Source of the DNA: Isosphaeraceae bacterium
Lineage (GTDB): Bacteria; Planctomycetota; Planctomycetia; Isosphaerales; Isosphaeraceae
Direction of reading: 5' to 3'
NCBI GenBank assembly: GCA_965201075.1
Contig: CBDAVP010000014.1
Location: 186,001 to 250,000, forward strand
Length of the DNA: 64,000 nucleotides
Shown here: positions 10,801 to 23,625 of the stretch, piece after piece
Position numbering within the stretch: the stretch's first letter is position 1
Layout of the letters: every line of letters starts with the position of its first letter
Position numbers and translations under genes: made by a program
The notes under the pieces: model-generated
The model's database searches: none
The model's input: only the letters and a program-made list of their open reading frames with translations
What the model was told of the DNA's origin: nothing

Positions 10801-10928
10801 ACCCTTCTCTAGCCTTACGGATGGGGCTCGGGGGACCACCAGGGCCCTTGGGGCTTCGGAGCGACCGGAACCGACCTCCCAAACCGAAACAGGTTGGCCG
10901 CCGCGACCGAGGCCGGGATGACCCTCTC

Positions 10929-12041
10929 ATGAAGGCCATGTGCAGGCGCGAGGAACTTCTCGCCGCGTTCGGAATGGTCGGCGGCGTCGTACCCGCCCGC
11001 AGCCCCAAGCCGATCCTCCAGAACGTCAAGCTGGTCGCCGATACGCCCGCCACGCTGATGGCGACCGACCTGGAAGTTGGTATTCGCTACCGCGTCCTGG
11101 ACGTTCGTGTCGAGGAGCCCGGCTCCGCCATTCTTCCCACCCAGCGGATGCAGCAGATCCTCCGCGCCACCGCCGACGACGACCTCTACCTCGAATCCGA
11201 CGGCGAAGCCCTGATCATCCGCGGTACCGATGCCGAGTTCCGCCTCCCCGCCGAAGACCCCGACCTCTTTCCCGAGATCCCCGACTTCGCGGCCTCCGCG
11301 TACCACGCCGTTGCCTCGGCCGATTTACGCCGAGCCATTCGCCGGACAATCTTCGCCACCGACGTAGAGAGTACCCGTTACGCTCTGGGTGGCGTAAAGC
11401 TGGAGCTGGCCGACGACAAGATCACCCTGGTCGGCACCGACGGCCGCCGCCTGGCCATGACCGAGATCGGCGCCGAGGCCGAAGGGGGAGCGAAAGACCC
11501 CGGCGGCAGCACTGTTGTCCCGGTCAAGGCCCTGAAGCTCATCGAGCGGAACCTCGACGACGACGACCCGCCGGTCCACCTGGCCATCCAGGCCGACAAG
11601 GCGATCCTGGTCCGCACCGACCGCGCGGTGATCTATAGCCGTTTGGTCGAGGGCCGCTTCCCCCGTTACCAGGACGTCTTCCCCGGTTCCGTCGAGGTCA
11701 AGATCCCGATGGACGCCGGCATGCTCCTGGGGGCCGTCGAACAGGCCTCCATCGTCACCAGCGAGGAGAGTCGGGGCGTCGACTTCGCGTTTGGGGAAGG
11801 ACGCCTGACCCTCTCCAGTCGCGCCGCCGACGTGGGAAGTTCGCGGGTCTCGATGCCGATCGACTACGCCGGCAAGATGGTGGAAATCACCTTCGACCCC
11901 CGCTACCTGACCGACGCCCTGAAGACCCTGGGCGAGACCGACCGCGTCACCGCCGAATTGATCGACCACAAGAACGCCGCGGTCTTCAAAACCGAGGATC
12001 GTTACACCTACGTCGTCATGCCCCTGACCCGCGACCGCTAA
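10929..12041 (+). CDS. dnaN: DNA polymerase III beta sliding clamp
   Basis: KPILQNVKL, ATDLEVGI, RYALGGV, GTDGRRLA, SRLVEGRFPRY, YVVMPL. Confidence 0.97.
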   Translation: MKAMCRREELLAAFGMVGGVVPARSPKPILQNVKLVADTPATLMATDLEVGIRYRVLDVRVEEPGSAILPTQRMQQILRATADDDLYLESDGEALIIRGTDAEFRLPAEDPDLFPEIPDFAASAYHAVASADLRRAIRRTIFATDVESTRYALGGVKLELADDKITLVGTDGRRLAMTEIGAEAEGGAKDPGGSTVVPVKALKLIERNLDDDDPPVHLAIQADKAILVRTDRAVIYSRLVEGRFPRYQDVFPGSVEVKIPMDAGMLLGAVEQASIVTSEESRGVDFAFGEGRLTLSSRAADVGSSRVSMPIDYAGKMVEITFDPRYLTDALKTLGETDRVTAELIDHKNAAVFKTEDRYTYVVMPLTRDR

Positions 12042-12092
12042 GCGTAAGCGACGCGTCCCCGCGCGTTGCTTCGGGGCGACCGGAGGCGTAGA

Positions 12093-12515
12093 ATGGAAGG
12101 ACGTTCACATCGCGGCGGTCCGGGGGCCGACGACCCGAACCGTCGCGGGGGGCCTCGGCCCCTGGGCGATGTGCTGGGGGCCCTGTTCGCCGCCCGGGGC
12201 TATTCCCGGCTCCAGGGCGCCGGCGAACTGGAAGCGGCCTGGGACGCGGCCGTCGGCGAGCCAACCCGGAGCCAGACGCGCGTTGGAGGGGTTCGCCACG
12301 GAGTCCTCAGCGTCACCGTCGCCCACTCGGCCCTGCTGGAAGAGCTCGCCGCCTTCCGCAAGCCCGACCTCCTGGCCGCCCTGAGACGCGACGCCCCCGG
12401 CACCACCGTCCACGACATCCGCTTCCGAGTCGGCCCGGTCGCTACCCCCCCGGCGGTCCCCGACGACAGGTCACCCAGCCCCAAACCACGACGCCCCCGA
12501 CGCGGGCCAGCCTGA
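12093..12515 (+). CDS. dciA: DUF721/DciA-family protein
   Basis: PRPLGDVL...WDAAVG...GVLSVTVAHSALLEEL...IRFRVG; typical position between dnaN and gyrB. Confidence 0.85.
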   Translation: MEGRSHRGGPGADDPNRRGGPRPLGDVLGALFAARGYSRLQGAGELEAAWDAAVGEPTRSQTRVGGVRHGVLSVTVAHSALLEELAAFRKPDLLAALRRDAPGTTVHDIRFRVGPVATPPAVPDDRSPSPKPRRPRRGPA

Positions 12516-15218
<2,703 letters not shown>

Positions 15219-15489
15219 GCGGCATCCGCCCGGAGGCCCTATATCTTGCACCGCGATCGCCGAACCGGCCCGCCTGGACATCCGAGAAACTCGCCTACCT
15301 CTGGGCCTCAGAGTTCGTCCGATGTCATGCCCCCGGACATCCGGGACAGTATCGAAGGTTTACGCACTCGCCGAATGGCTCCGCACGATCTTCCCTCGCG
15401 ACGCCTTCATGGATCTGGACGGCGCAGCCGATCGTCCTGCGGGAAGGCGTACCACCTCTATCCGGCCTTCCTGGCGGATCCGCGGGATG

Positions 15490-15792
15490 AATGAGACCCG
15501 GGGCGTTGCGTCCCCTTGTCCCCGCAAGATTCTCGAGATCGCTGGATCGAGTCGTTTGCGGTTCGACCGCGACCAACGATCTGGTCCCGAAGCTTCCCGA
15601 GTATGCCGCTGCGGGCATCCCGGCGTATTGGAATGGTCCTGCTGGGCGACCAGCGAGTCGTCTCCTTCGCCGACCCCGTCGCCCTGCAAGTACCAGGCCG
15701 TTTCCGAATACAGCCGGGGCCAGTCGGTTCCGGTCCGCGACGCGGTCCTCGCTGTCGACGACCTGTTCCTCTGGATGGACCCGCCCAAATGA
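15490..15792 (+). pseudogene. degenerate Uma2/DUF820 endonuclease-like fragment
   Basis: ILEIAGSS..RFDR, KLPEYAAAGIPAYW and YSRGQSVPV..LAVDDLF are split across frames. Confidence 0.6.
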
Positions 15793-16610
15793 GGCCCCAA
15801 CCCGAAGTCCCGGCCGGCCGAGCGTCTTGGGATTCTCCGGAGGCTTGGGGTAGCGGAGTGTTGGCAACGCGGTTAGAACTGATGGTCAGCCCGATCCACG
15901 ACCGATGTCACCATCCGGACCTTGCGGGAACGCGGAAGACTGTCTACAACGAATGGGCCGTTCGCCGCGGTCGGTTACCACTTGATCCCGAAGCCGGTCA
16001 TCGCCATCCCCATCGGTCCTTGCGTCGTTTTTGGAGGTCGCCGAGATCGACCTTCCCAGGAACCAGGGTTGGGGCGTTGGTGATCCCTCGGCGGCATCGA
16101 ACCAGCCAGTTTGATCCGTGCGACTGTCCTAGAGTTCTCCACGGGGCGGACCGCCCGCCACAGGTCGAGGTTGAAGGGCCGACTCCGCGCCAGTTGAAAA
16201 CACGCCGGGCCGGGTCCGGGGATGACGCCGCGAGTGTTGTCCGTGGTTCGCGTCCCGACACTGGCCCGAAGCCCTCGACCGTGGGACCGTTTTTGCTGAC
16301 TTGGGGCTTGCCTTCGTGACATTCCGCGACCTTTGCCAGGTCCCCGTCCGCCAAGACCGTCAGGTTCGGGGGCGCCGTTGGCGCTTTGGCCGGATCCCAA
16401 CGGCTGGGGCGATTGTTCGTGCCGGGAAGGGTTGACCGAATCGCGTTCCAAGAAGAGAGGCCCCGGCGCTCCGGGGCAGGGTTGAGAGAGAGCCTTTTGA
16501 GCGGGTCGAGTCGTGAACAAGACGCCGACGCGGATCCCCAGCGGGTCGTGGGGTCTTCCATCCATGCGCCGGGGTCCCGGGGCCGGGCCGGCATGCCCGG
16601 GCGGGAAGTG

Positions 16611-19600
16611 ATGATGGGGATTGCCCAGAAGCTCACGCCAGATTTCGCCGAGGGGGTGCGCGTCCGAGGTCATGCCTACTTCGCCAAGGGGCGGGTGGGC
16701 ATCCTCAAGGCGGCACCCGGGGAAGTCGTGGCCAAGGTCCGTGGGACCGAGTCGTACAAGGTCCGCCTCCGCCTGAGGGGCGGGCGGGTGCTGGCCTCGT
16801 GCTCGTGTCCCTACTACGGACCGTTCGGCTCCCCCTGCAAGCACCTCTGGGCCACGGTCCTGCTGGCCGACGCCCGCAACCTTCTGCCCACCCCGCCCAA
16901 CCGGCCGCTGGAGCTGGTGACGATCCTGCCGCTGATGACGACGCCCAACGGCGACACCCTGCCCGACGACGCCCCGCCCCCGCCGCAATCCTCCTACCGT
17001 CCCGCCGGTCCGCCGCCCGAGTTGCAAGGTCAAGGGCCAGGGCAGGGGCAAGGGCAGGGGAGACCTCCCTACGGATCGCGTCCGCCCCAGGGCCAGAGGT
17101 ACCCTCAAGGTCAAGGCCAAGGTCAAGGGTCAGGCCAGGGCCAGCGTCCTCAGCAACAGGGCCAGGGCCAAAGCCGCAAGCCGCAGCCGCAGTCCCGGCA
17201 AGCTGGGGGTCCGCAGCATCAGCATCCGGGCTACCGGCCGGCGCCGTACCCGTACCAGACCAACTCCCCTCCCCCCCAAGGCCCGCCCCGTCCCTATCCG
17301 TACAACGACCCCCCGCCGCACCCTTACGGGCCCGGGGCCTCGGGGACGCCGGCCAAGGCCAAGGGGAAGAAGGGGAAGTACCCGCCCGACCGCGGCCTGC
17401 CGGCCAACGCCCGGGGACCCTACGCCCCGCCTCCTCCTCAAGGGATGCCACCCAGGGGTTACGCCCCCACCCAGGGAGGGCTCCCTCCCCGGTCTTACAC
17501 CCCCTACGACGCGCCGCCCGGCGTCAACGGGGCTCGGCCAATCAACGGCAACGCCGCCAACACTGCCCGAGCCCGTAAGGCCGCTCGTCGAGAGGCGCAG
17601 ATCCTGGCCCGCGCTCAGGCGGCCCCAAAGCGGTCGCTCCACTACGTCCTCGACGCGCCTGCCTCGCTGGCGCAAGGGCAGGTGGTCATCGACCTGGCCC
17701 GCCGAGAGCGCCGAGCCAACGGCGAGCGTGGACCCCTGCGCCCCTGGTGGCCCGGTCAGGCCGGTGGCCACTGGCGTCCCGACCCCGAGGACCAGGTCCT
17801 CCTCGCCCTGCTGGACGAGGCCCGCGCCGCGCCCTTGCCGGCTCCGCCCACTCCCGAAAACGGCAACGGTTCGCCCGCCCCCGCCTCCGCCCCCGCCGCG
17901 CCCCCGGCGGCCTCGGCCCGACGCTTCGCGCTGGACCCCGATAAACAGGTGGCCCTGCTGGAACGCCTCTGCCGGGCCGGTCGCGCCCGCCTGCGACGCA
18001 CCGACGGCGAGGAAGACCCGCCCGCCCTGCGCTGGGACGACGGCCACCCCTGGAAGTTCGCCATCGACGTCAAGGCCGACCCCTCCGGCAAGCGCTGGAC
18101 CTGGCGAGGCGGTCTCCGTCGCGACGACGCCCGCATGGACCTGGCCGAGCCCCTCGTCTTGCTGCCCGGCCTGGTGATCTTGGGGATCGGCCGCGCCGCG
18201 ACGTTCGACGACGTCGGCCTTTTGCCCTGGGTCGCCCGTCTCCGACAGGAAAAGGAACTGGTCGTCCCCGAGGCCCAGCACGACGCCCAACTTGGCCGAG
18301 TCCTCGCTGGCGCCAATATCCCCCCAGCCGAACTGGTCGAGTCCCTGTCCCTGCAAGAGGTCGACATCCAGCCGGTCCCTCGTCTGACGGTCCGCACCCC
18401 CCGGCAAAACTGGGGAGCCGCCGCCGACCGAGTGCTGGCCGATCTGGAATTCGACTACGAAGGCAGCCGCGTCCCGTTCTCCCAGTCCGGCCGAGTCGCC
18501 GTCCAGGGCGACCAGCGGCGCATCATCCACCGAGACGAGCCGGTCGAGGCCGCCGCCGCCGCCCTTTTGGAAAACCTCGGCTTCAAGGCCGCCAACGACA
18601 TCCGCCTCGACCCCGGCACTCTGGAACTGCCCGCCAAACGGATGGGCCCGGCCACCCGCGAACTCGTCTCCGCCGGCTGGGCCGTCGAGGCCGAGGGCAA
18701 GCTCATCCGCCCAGCTGGCGAGTTCAAGCTGGCCGTCACCACCGGCATCGACTGGTTCGAACTCGGCGGCGAGGTCGACTTCGGCGGCCAGGGCATCCCC
18801 CTGCCCGACCTGCTGGCCGCCGCCCGCCGGGGCGAGCAGATGATCGCCCTGGGCGACGGCTCGATGGGCATGCTGCCCGAGGACTGGCTGAAAAAGTACG
18901 GCATCCTGGCCGAAATGGGCTCCACCGGAGACGCCGGCCTGCGCTTCGGTCGCTCTCAGGCCGGCTTGCTCGACGCCCTGCTGGCCTCCCAGCCGGAAAT
19001 CTCCTTCGACGAGGGATTTGCCCGCATCCGCGAGCAGATCGCCGGATTCCAAGGAATCAAGCCCCTGGCCGCCCCCGCCCGCTTCGAGGGGGAATTGCGC
19101 CCCTACCAGCGAGAGGGCCTGGGCTGGCTGGACTACCTCTGCCGCTTCGGCATCGGCGGCATCCTGGCCGACGACATGGGCCTGGGCAAGACCATCCAGG
19201 TGCTGGCCCTGCTCCAAAGACGCAAGAACCAGCGAGAGGAGAAGCCCGGCCCGTCGCTGATCGTCGTCCCGCGCTCCCTGGTCTTCAACTGGATTCAGGA
19301 AGCCGCCAAGTTCACTCCGGGCTTGCGGGTGCTGGACTACTCGGGCGCTCGTCGCTCGGGTCTGCGGGCCAAGTTTGGCCAGCACGACCTGGTCGTCACC
19401 ACCTACGGCATCCTCCGCACCGACGCCGCCGAACTGCACAAGACCGAGTTCGACTGCCTGATCCTGGACGAGTCCCAGGCGATCAAGAACGCCACCTCGC
19501 AGGCCGCCAAGGCCGCCCGGGTCCTCCGCGGCCAGCACCGCATCGCCATGAGCGGCACGCCCATCGAGAACCACCTGGGCGAACTCTGGTCGATCTTCGA

Positions 19601-20474
19601 GTTCCTCAACCCCGGCATGCTCGGCACCACCTCGGTCTTCAAACGCCTCTCCTCCGGAGGCACCGACGACGCCGAGGGCCGTGCCGTCTTGGCCAAGGCC
19701 CTGCGCCCCTTCATCTTGCGGCGCACCAAGGCCCAGGTCGTCCACGACCTGCCCGAAAAGACCGAGCAAACCCTCACCTGCGCCATGGAGCCCCCCCAGC
19801 GCAAACTCTACGAGGAACTGCGGGCCCACTACCGCCAGGCCCTCCTACGACAGGGCTCGGCTGAACTGCGGGCCTCCAAGATCGAGGTTCTCGAAGCGCT
19901 GCTAAGACTCCGCCAGGCCGCCTGCCACCCCGGCCTGATCGACCCGGCCCGCGCCGACGAGGCCTCGGCCAAGCTCGACCTCCTGCTGCCCCACCTGGCC
20001 GAAGTCGTCGAGGAAGGCCACAAGGTCCTGGTCTTCTCCCAGTTCACCAGCCTCCTGGCCCTGGTCAAAGCCCGCCTCGACGAGCAAGGCCTCACCTACG
20101 AGTACCTCGACGGACGAACCCGCAACCGCCTCGAACGGGTCGAGCGGTTCCAGAACGACCCCAAAATCCCCATCTTCCTCATCAGTCTCAAGGCCGGCGG
20201 CCTGGGCCTGAACCTCACCGCCGCCGAATACGTCTACCTGCTCGACCCCTGGTGGAACCCGGCGATCGAGGCCCAGGCCATCGACCGTTCCCACCGGATC
20301 GGCCAGACTCGCCGGGTCTTCGCCTACCGGATCATCGCCAAGGACACCGTCGAGCAAAAGATCCTCGAACTCCAGCAACGCAAACGAGACCTCGCCGACG
20401 CCATCCTCGGCGCCGACACCAGCCGCGTCATCAAGACCCTCGACCGCGACGACCTGGAATTCCTCCTCTCCTGA
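16611..20474 (+). CDS. SWIM zinc finger + SNF2-family helicase
   Basis: CSCPYY..PCKHLWA (SWIM); LRPYQREG, LADDMGLGKT, LDESQAIKN, SGTPIEN, DPWWNPAIEAQAIDRSHRIGQ. Confidence 0.95.
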   Translation: MMGIAQKLTPDFAEGVRVRGHAYFAKGRVGILKAAPGEVVAKVRGTESYKVRLRLRGGRVLASCSCPYYGPFGSPCKHLWATVLLADARNLLPTPPNRPLELVTILPLMTTPNGDTLPDDAPPPPQSSYRPAGPPPELQGQGPGQGQGQGRPPYGSRPPQGQRYPQGQGQGQGSGQGQRPQQQGQGQSRKPQPQSRQAGGPQHQHPGYRPAPYPYQTNSPPPQGPPRPYPYNDPPPHPYGPGASGTPAKAKGKKGKYPPDRGLPANARGPYAPPPPQGMPPRGYAPTQGGLPPRSYTPYDAPPGVNGARPINGNAANTARARKAARREAQILARAQAAPKRSLHYVLDAPASLAQGQVVIDLARRERRANGERGPLRPWWPGQAGGHWRPDPEDQVLLALLDEARAAPLPAPPTPENGNGSPAPASAPAAPPAASARRFALDPDKQVALLERLCRAGRARLRRTDGEEDPPALRWDDGHPWKFAIDVKADPSGKRWTWRGGLRRDDARMDLAEPLVLLPGLVILGIGRAATFDDVGLLPWVARLRQEKELVVPEAQHDAQLGRVLAGANIPPAELVESLSLQEVDIQPVPRLTVRTPRQNWGAAADRVLADLEFDYEGSRVPFSQSGRVAVQGDQRRIIHRDEPVEAAAAALLENLGFKAANDIRLDPGTLELPAKRMGPATRELVSAGWAVEAEGKLIRPAGEFKLAVTTGIDWFELGGEVDFGGQGIPLPDLLAAARRGEQMIALGDGSMGMLPEDWLKKYGILAEMGSTGDAGLRFGRSQAGLLDALLASQPEISFDEGFARIREQIAGFQGIKPLAAPARFEGELRPYQREGLGWLDYLCRFGIGGILADDMGLGKTIQVLALLQRRKNQREEKPGPSLIVVPRSLVFNWIQEAAKFTPGLRVLDYSGARRSGLRAKFGQHDLVVTTYGILRTDAAELHKTEFDCLILDESQAIKNATSQAAKAARVLRGQHRIAMSGTPIENHLGELWSIFEFLNPGMLGTTSVFKRLSSGGTDDAEGRAVLAKALRPFILRRTKAQVVHDLPEKTEQTLTCAMEPPQRKLYEELRAHYRQALLRQGSAELRASKIEVLEALLRLRQAACHPGLIDPARADEASAKLDLLLPHLAEVVEEGHKVLVFSQFTSLLALVKARLDEQGLTYEYLDGRTRNRLERVERFQNDPKIPIFLISLKAGGLGLNLTAAEYVYLLDPWWNPAIEAQAIDRSHRIGQTRRVFAYRIIAKDTVEQKILELQQRKRDLADAILGADTSRVIKTLDRDDLEFLLS
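17026..17170 (+). repeat. Gln-Gly coding microsatellite (CARGGN)n inside the SNF2 gene
   Basis: caaggtcaagggccagggcaggggcaagggcagggg and caaggtcaaggccaaggtcaagggtcaggccagggccag. Confidence 0.8.
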
Positions 20475-20505
20475 GCGGAACGCGAGGCCCCGGGAGCCCC
20501 CGACG

Positions 20506-21204
20506 ATGAGCACCCTCCAGGCGACCGAGCCCCGACCGCCTTCGGTGTTGACCGACGACGAGGACCCGTCTCTGGCCGGCGACCGGGCCCTGGGCATTTT
20601 GGTGACCGACCCCATGCTGATGGACGAACTGCTGGCCCACCGCCAGGAGTCCGGCGGCGATCGTTATGACGAGGTTTGGGACGGAGTCTACGTCATGTCG
20701 CCCCTGGCCAACGTCGGACATCAGCGGTTCGTCACCCAATTCGCCTTCGTCCTGGAAACCGTGGTCGGTGTGCCAGGGTTGGGCGACGTCTGCGCGGGGG
20801 TCAACGTCAGCGACCGCGAACGGGGCTGGTTGGCCAACTTCCGCTGCCCCGACGTGGCTGTCCGCCTCCACGGGGGCCGATCCCGGAACTGTAAAACCCA
20901 CTGGGTCGGTGGCCCGGACTTCGCCATCGAGATCGTCAGCCAACGTGACCGCTCCCGAGCGAAGCTGGCCTTCTACGCCTCGATCGGCACGCGTGAACTG
21001 TTGATCGTCGACCGCGACCCCTGGGCTCTGGAACTCTACGGCCTGCGAGGCGAGCACCTCGTCCCGATCGGCATCTCGCGTCCCGAGTCCCCCGCGACGA
21101 TCGCCAGCGAGGTGCTGCCGCTGAGCTTCCGGCTGATCCCGGCCGAGCCGACCCCCCAGATCGAGGTGGTCCACCTGCCCGACGGCCAACGCTGGACCTT
21201 CTGA
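20506..21204 (+). CDS. Uma2/DUF820 family endonuclease-like protein
   Basis: DEVWDGVYVMSP..H, RCPDVAV, GPDFAIEIVS, KLAFYASIG. Confidence 0.9.
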   Translation: MSTLQATEPRPPSVLTDDEDPSLAGDRALGILVTDPMLMDELLAHRQESGGDRYDEVWDGVYVMSPLANVGHQRFVTQFAFVLETVVGVPGLGDVCAGVNVSDRERGWLANFRCPDVAVRLHGGRSRNCKTHWVGGPDFAIEIVSQRDRSRAKLAFYASIGTRELLIVDRDPWALELYGLRGEHLVPIGISRPESPATIASEVLPLSFRLIPAEPTPQIEVVHLPDGQRWTF

Positions 21205-21298
21205 AGAGCCGCGACGACGTACCTCCCATCACCGCCCCGATGGCGCATAATCAGGGAAGGCAAAAGGTTTGGTCGAGGGACCGTCGGGGCGCTGAAGC

Positions 21299-23509
21299 AT
21301 GGTCTATTCCATCTGGGGCAAGACGAACGCCGCCGGCGGGGCGAAGGTCTTTTCCGAGAAGGCCTTTCGCCGCAAGGGGCTGGTCGTCTGGGACGCTCGC
21401 TGGAACGCCCTCTCACTCCGGGCCCGCCTCGCGTTCCTCGACGACGTCAAGGGACCGGTCAAGCCGATGACCCCGGGCCGGCCCGTGACGCCGCCGGTCG
21501 TCAGCGTCGGCAAGATTCCGCATGAGGTTCTGGCCGAACTGATCGCCGGTGGGTTCGTCGCCGACCCGGCCCTGTCGAGGTCCCCCGGCAAGGTCCCCGT
21601 TGAGGAGGGGCTCTACGACTTCGCCACCCGCGTCCGCGCCCTGCGGAGGTTCCACCTGCTCGACCCCAAGGGGACCGGCAACCTCGCCAAGTTCGTCGAA
21701 TACACCTGCTACGCCAGCGAGGCGCTGGACCCCTTCCACCAGGTCCTGGAGCGGGCCGGTATCCACGAACTCGTACCGATTGGCGACCTCGCCCGCCGCC
21801 ACGTCGCCAAGCACCCCTGGCCCACCTGGGTCGCCGAGTCGTTGAAGAATCGCCTGGCGGGCCCCGTGCTCGAGGCGATCCACCGGTTGGGCGGTCCGGT
21901 CCCGATCGTCCAGGTCCCCAGCCTGGTCAAGGCCCCCAAGGACCAGGCCCGCGCCGCCCTGGACGAACTCATCACTCACCTGGCCGTCTTCGAGGATCTC
22001 GACCCGAAGTCCCTGGAAGTCGTGGTCGACCTGCTCCCGGCGGTCCGCGAAGGCTGGGCCCAGGCCGACCGCCCCCGGGAACGACCGCCCTTGGTCCCGG
22101 TGGAGAACCTCGCCGAGATCGGGCCCGAGGACGCCCCGGTCATCGACGACCTTCGTGGCGTTCTGCTGGAGATCGCCAGCGAGCCGCCCCAGGTTCGCCG
22201 CGACCACGGCCTCTTCCACAAGGCGATCCCCCGATTCGTCGAGAATCTCGCCCCGTTGCCGGACTGGCTGGCCAAATTGCTGGGGGGCACTCCCGAGGGA
22301 CGGGTCGACGAAGCCCTGGCCTGGGCCGACGACCTGGAACTGGTCCAGGAGGTCGCCCAGGGCACGCGCGCCCTCCTCCGCCTCACCCCCAAGGGCGAGC
22401 GCTGGCTGGCCGCCGGCGTCGAGGAGCAACACGCCGAACTGTTCCGCTACGTCAACGCCCCGGCGTCCACCTCGCAGTTCAGCTACTACAACTTCGGCGG
22501 TGTCCGGTTCGACGACGGCGATAAGGCAGGGGGCGACGCCGTGTTCCTGGGCGTCAATGTCCTGGCCCTCAGGAAGATCAAGGGGCGGCCCCCCTCGCCC
22601 TGGGGCCTCAAACCGGCCGACTACCAGCCCCTGCGCGACGCGCTGGACCGCGCCCTGGCCCCGCTGCCGGTGGGCGTCTTCCACCGCGTCGACCACCTCA
22701 TCACCCACCTGGCCTTCGGCGAGGCGAACCCCGTGCGCCTGGGCCTGCCGGTGGATCAGGTCGCCGTGTTCTGGCACGGCACGCCGGTCCCACCGATCGA
22801 GTCCGAGCGTGAGGAGGCCGGCCGGCTGTTTCTGATCGGGCTTCTGGGCGCCCGCCTGATCCCGCTGGGGGCCGTCCGCCTCGGGGTCGACGCCGAGGGG
22901 CATCCGGCGGTCGCCCGCACCCCCCGGCTCGACGTCTACTTCGGCCGCAAGGCCGCCGCTCCGTCGAAGGCCGAGGCCGCCGCCCTGGCCGCCCCCACCC
23001 AGGTGATCGTCCAGCCCGACTTCAGCCTCATGGTCATCGGCCCCAACCCCGCCCCCGCCGCCGAGCTCGCCCCCTTCTGCGAACGCGCCACCCGAGGCGC
23101 CGGGCCGGGCGCCCAGATCCTCAAGCTGACCCGAGACTCGGTCGTCAAGGCCGTCGCCCACGGCATGACGCCCGCCGAGGTCGTCGCCCGACTGCAAAGC
23201 CTGGCCACTCGCGAGATTCCCCCCAACGTCCTCAAGCAGGTCGAAACCTGGGCCGCCTGGGTCCGCCACGTCGAGCCCTCCACCCTGGCCGTCCTCCGCT
23301 GCCCCGACCGCGACACCGCCGACCGCGTTCTGTCCGCCCTCCGCAAACGGGCCGAACGTCTCAACGACACCCTCATCGCCATCGATGGCGCCAAACTCTC
23401 GGCCGCCGAACGCGCCAAGCTCCGCGAGCAGGGCATCCTCGTCGGCCCCGGCGACGCCTCGACGGGCGCCAAGTCGGGCAAGGCCAAGGCCTCGCGCCGG
23501 CCGTACTGA
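21299..23509 (+). CDS. protein with C-terminal XPB-type helicase-associated domain (Helicase_C_3-like)
   Basis: VIVQPDFSLMV...ELAPFCER...LTRDSVVKAVAHGMTPAEVVARLQSLATREIPPNVLKQVETW; no NTPase motifs seen. Confidence 0.75.
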   Translation: MVYSIWGKTNAAGGAKVFSEKAFRRKGLVVWDARWNALSLRARLAFLDDVKGPVKPMTPGRPVTPPVVSVGKIPHEVLAELIAGGFVADPALSRSPGKVPVEEGLYDFATRVRALRRFHLLDPKGTGNLAKFVEYTCYASEALDPFHQVLERAGIHELVPIGDLARRHVAKHPWPTWVAESLKNRLAGPVLEAIHRLGGPVPIVQVPSLVKAPKDQARAALDELITHLAVFEDLDPKSLEVVVDLLPAVREGWAQADRPRERPPLVPVENLAEIGPEDAPVIDDLRGVLLEIASEPPQVRRDHGLFHKAIPRFVENLAPLPDWLAKLLGGTPEGRVDEALAWADDLELVQEVAQGTRALLRLTPKGERWLAAGVEEQHAELFRYVNAPASTSQFSYYNFGGVRFDDGDKAGGDAVFLGVNVLALRKIKGRPPSPWGLKPADYQPLRDALDRALAPLPVGVFHRVDHLITHLAFGEANPVRLGLPVDQVAVFWHGTPVPPIESEREEAGRLFLIGLLGARLIPLGAVRLGVDAEGHPAVARTPRLDVYFGRKAAAPSKAEAAALAAPTQVIVQPDFSLMVIGPNPAPAAELAPFCERATRGAGPGAQILKLTRDSVVKAVAHGMTPAEVVARLQSLATREIPPNVLKQVETWAAWVRHVEPSTLAVLRCPDRDTADRVLSALRKRAERLNDTLIAIDGAKLSAAERAKLREQGILVGPGDASTGAKSGKAKASRRPY

Positions 23510-23625
23510 ACCCGCCGGCCCCGCCGCGTCGAAATCCCACACCGCATTGCCCCAGCCATCCACGCCTCGGTAAGCTAGGGGTGGGAATCGGGTTCCGACG
23601 GCGGCGAGGTCGGGGGGCGAGAACC

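Noticed and set aside
15850..16600. ncRNA or gene in the gap before SNF2
   Set aside because: ORFs are not protein-like and no recognisable RNA motif was found
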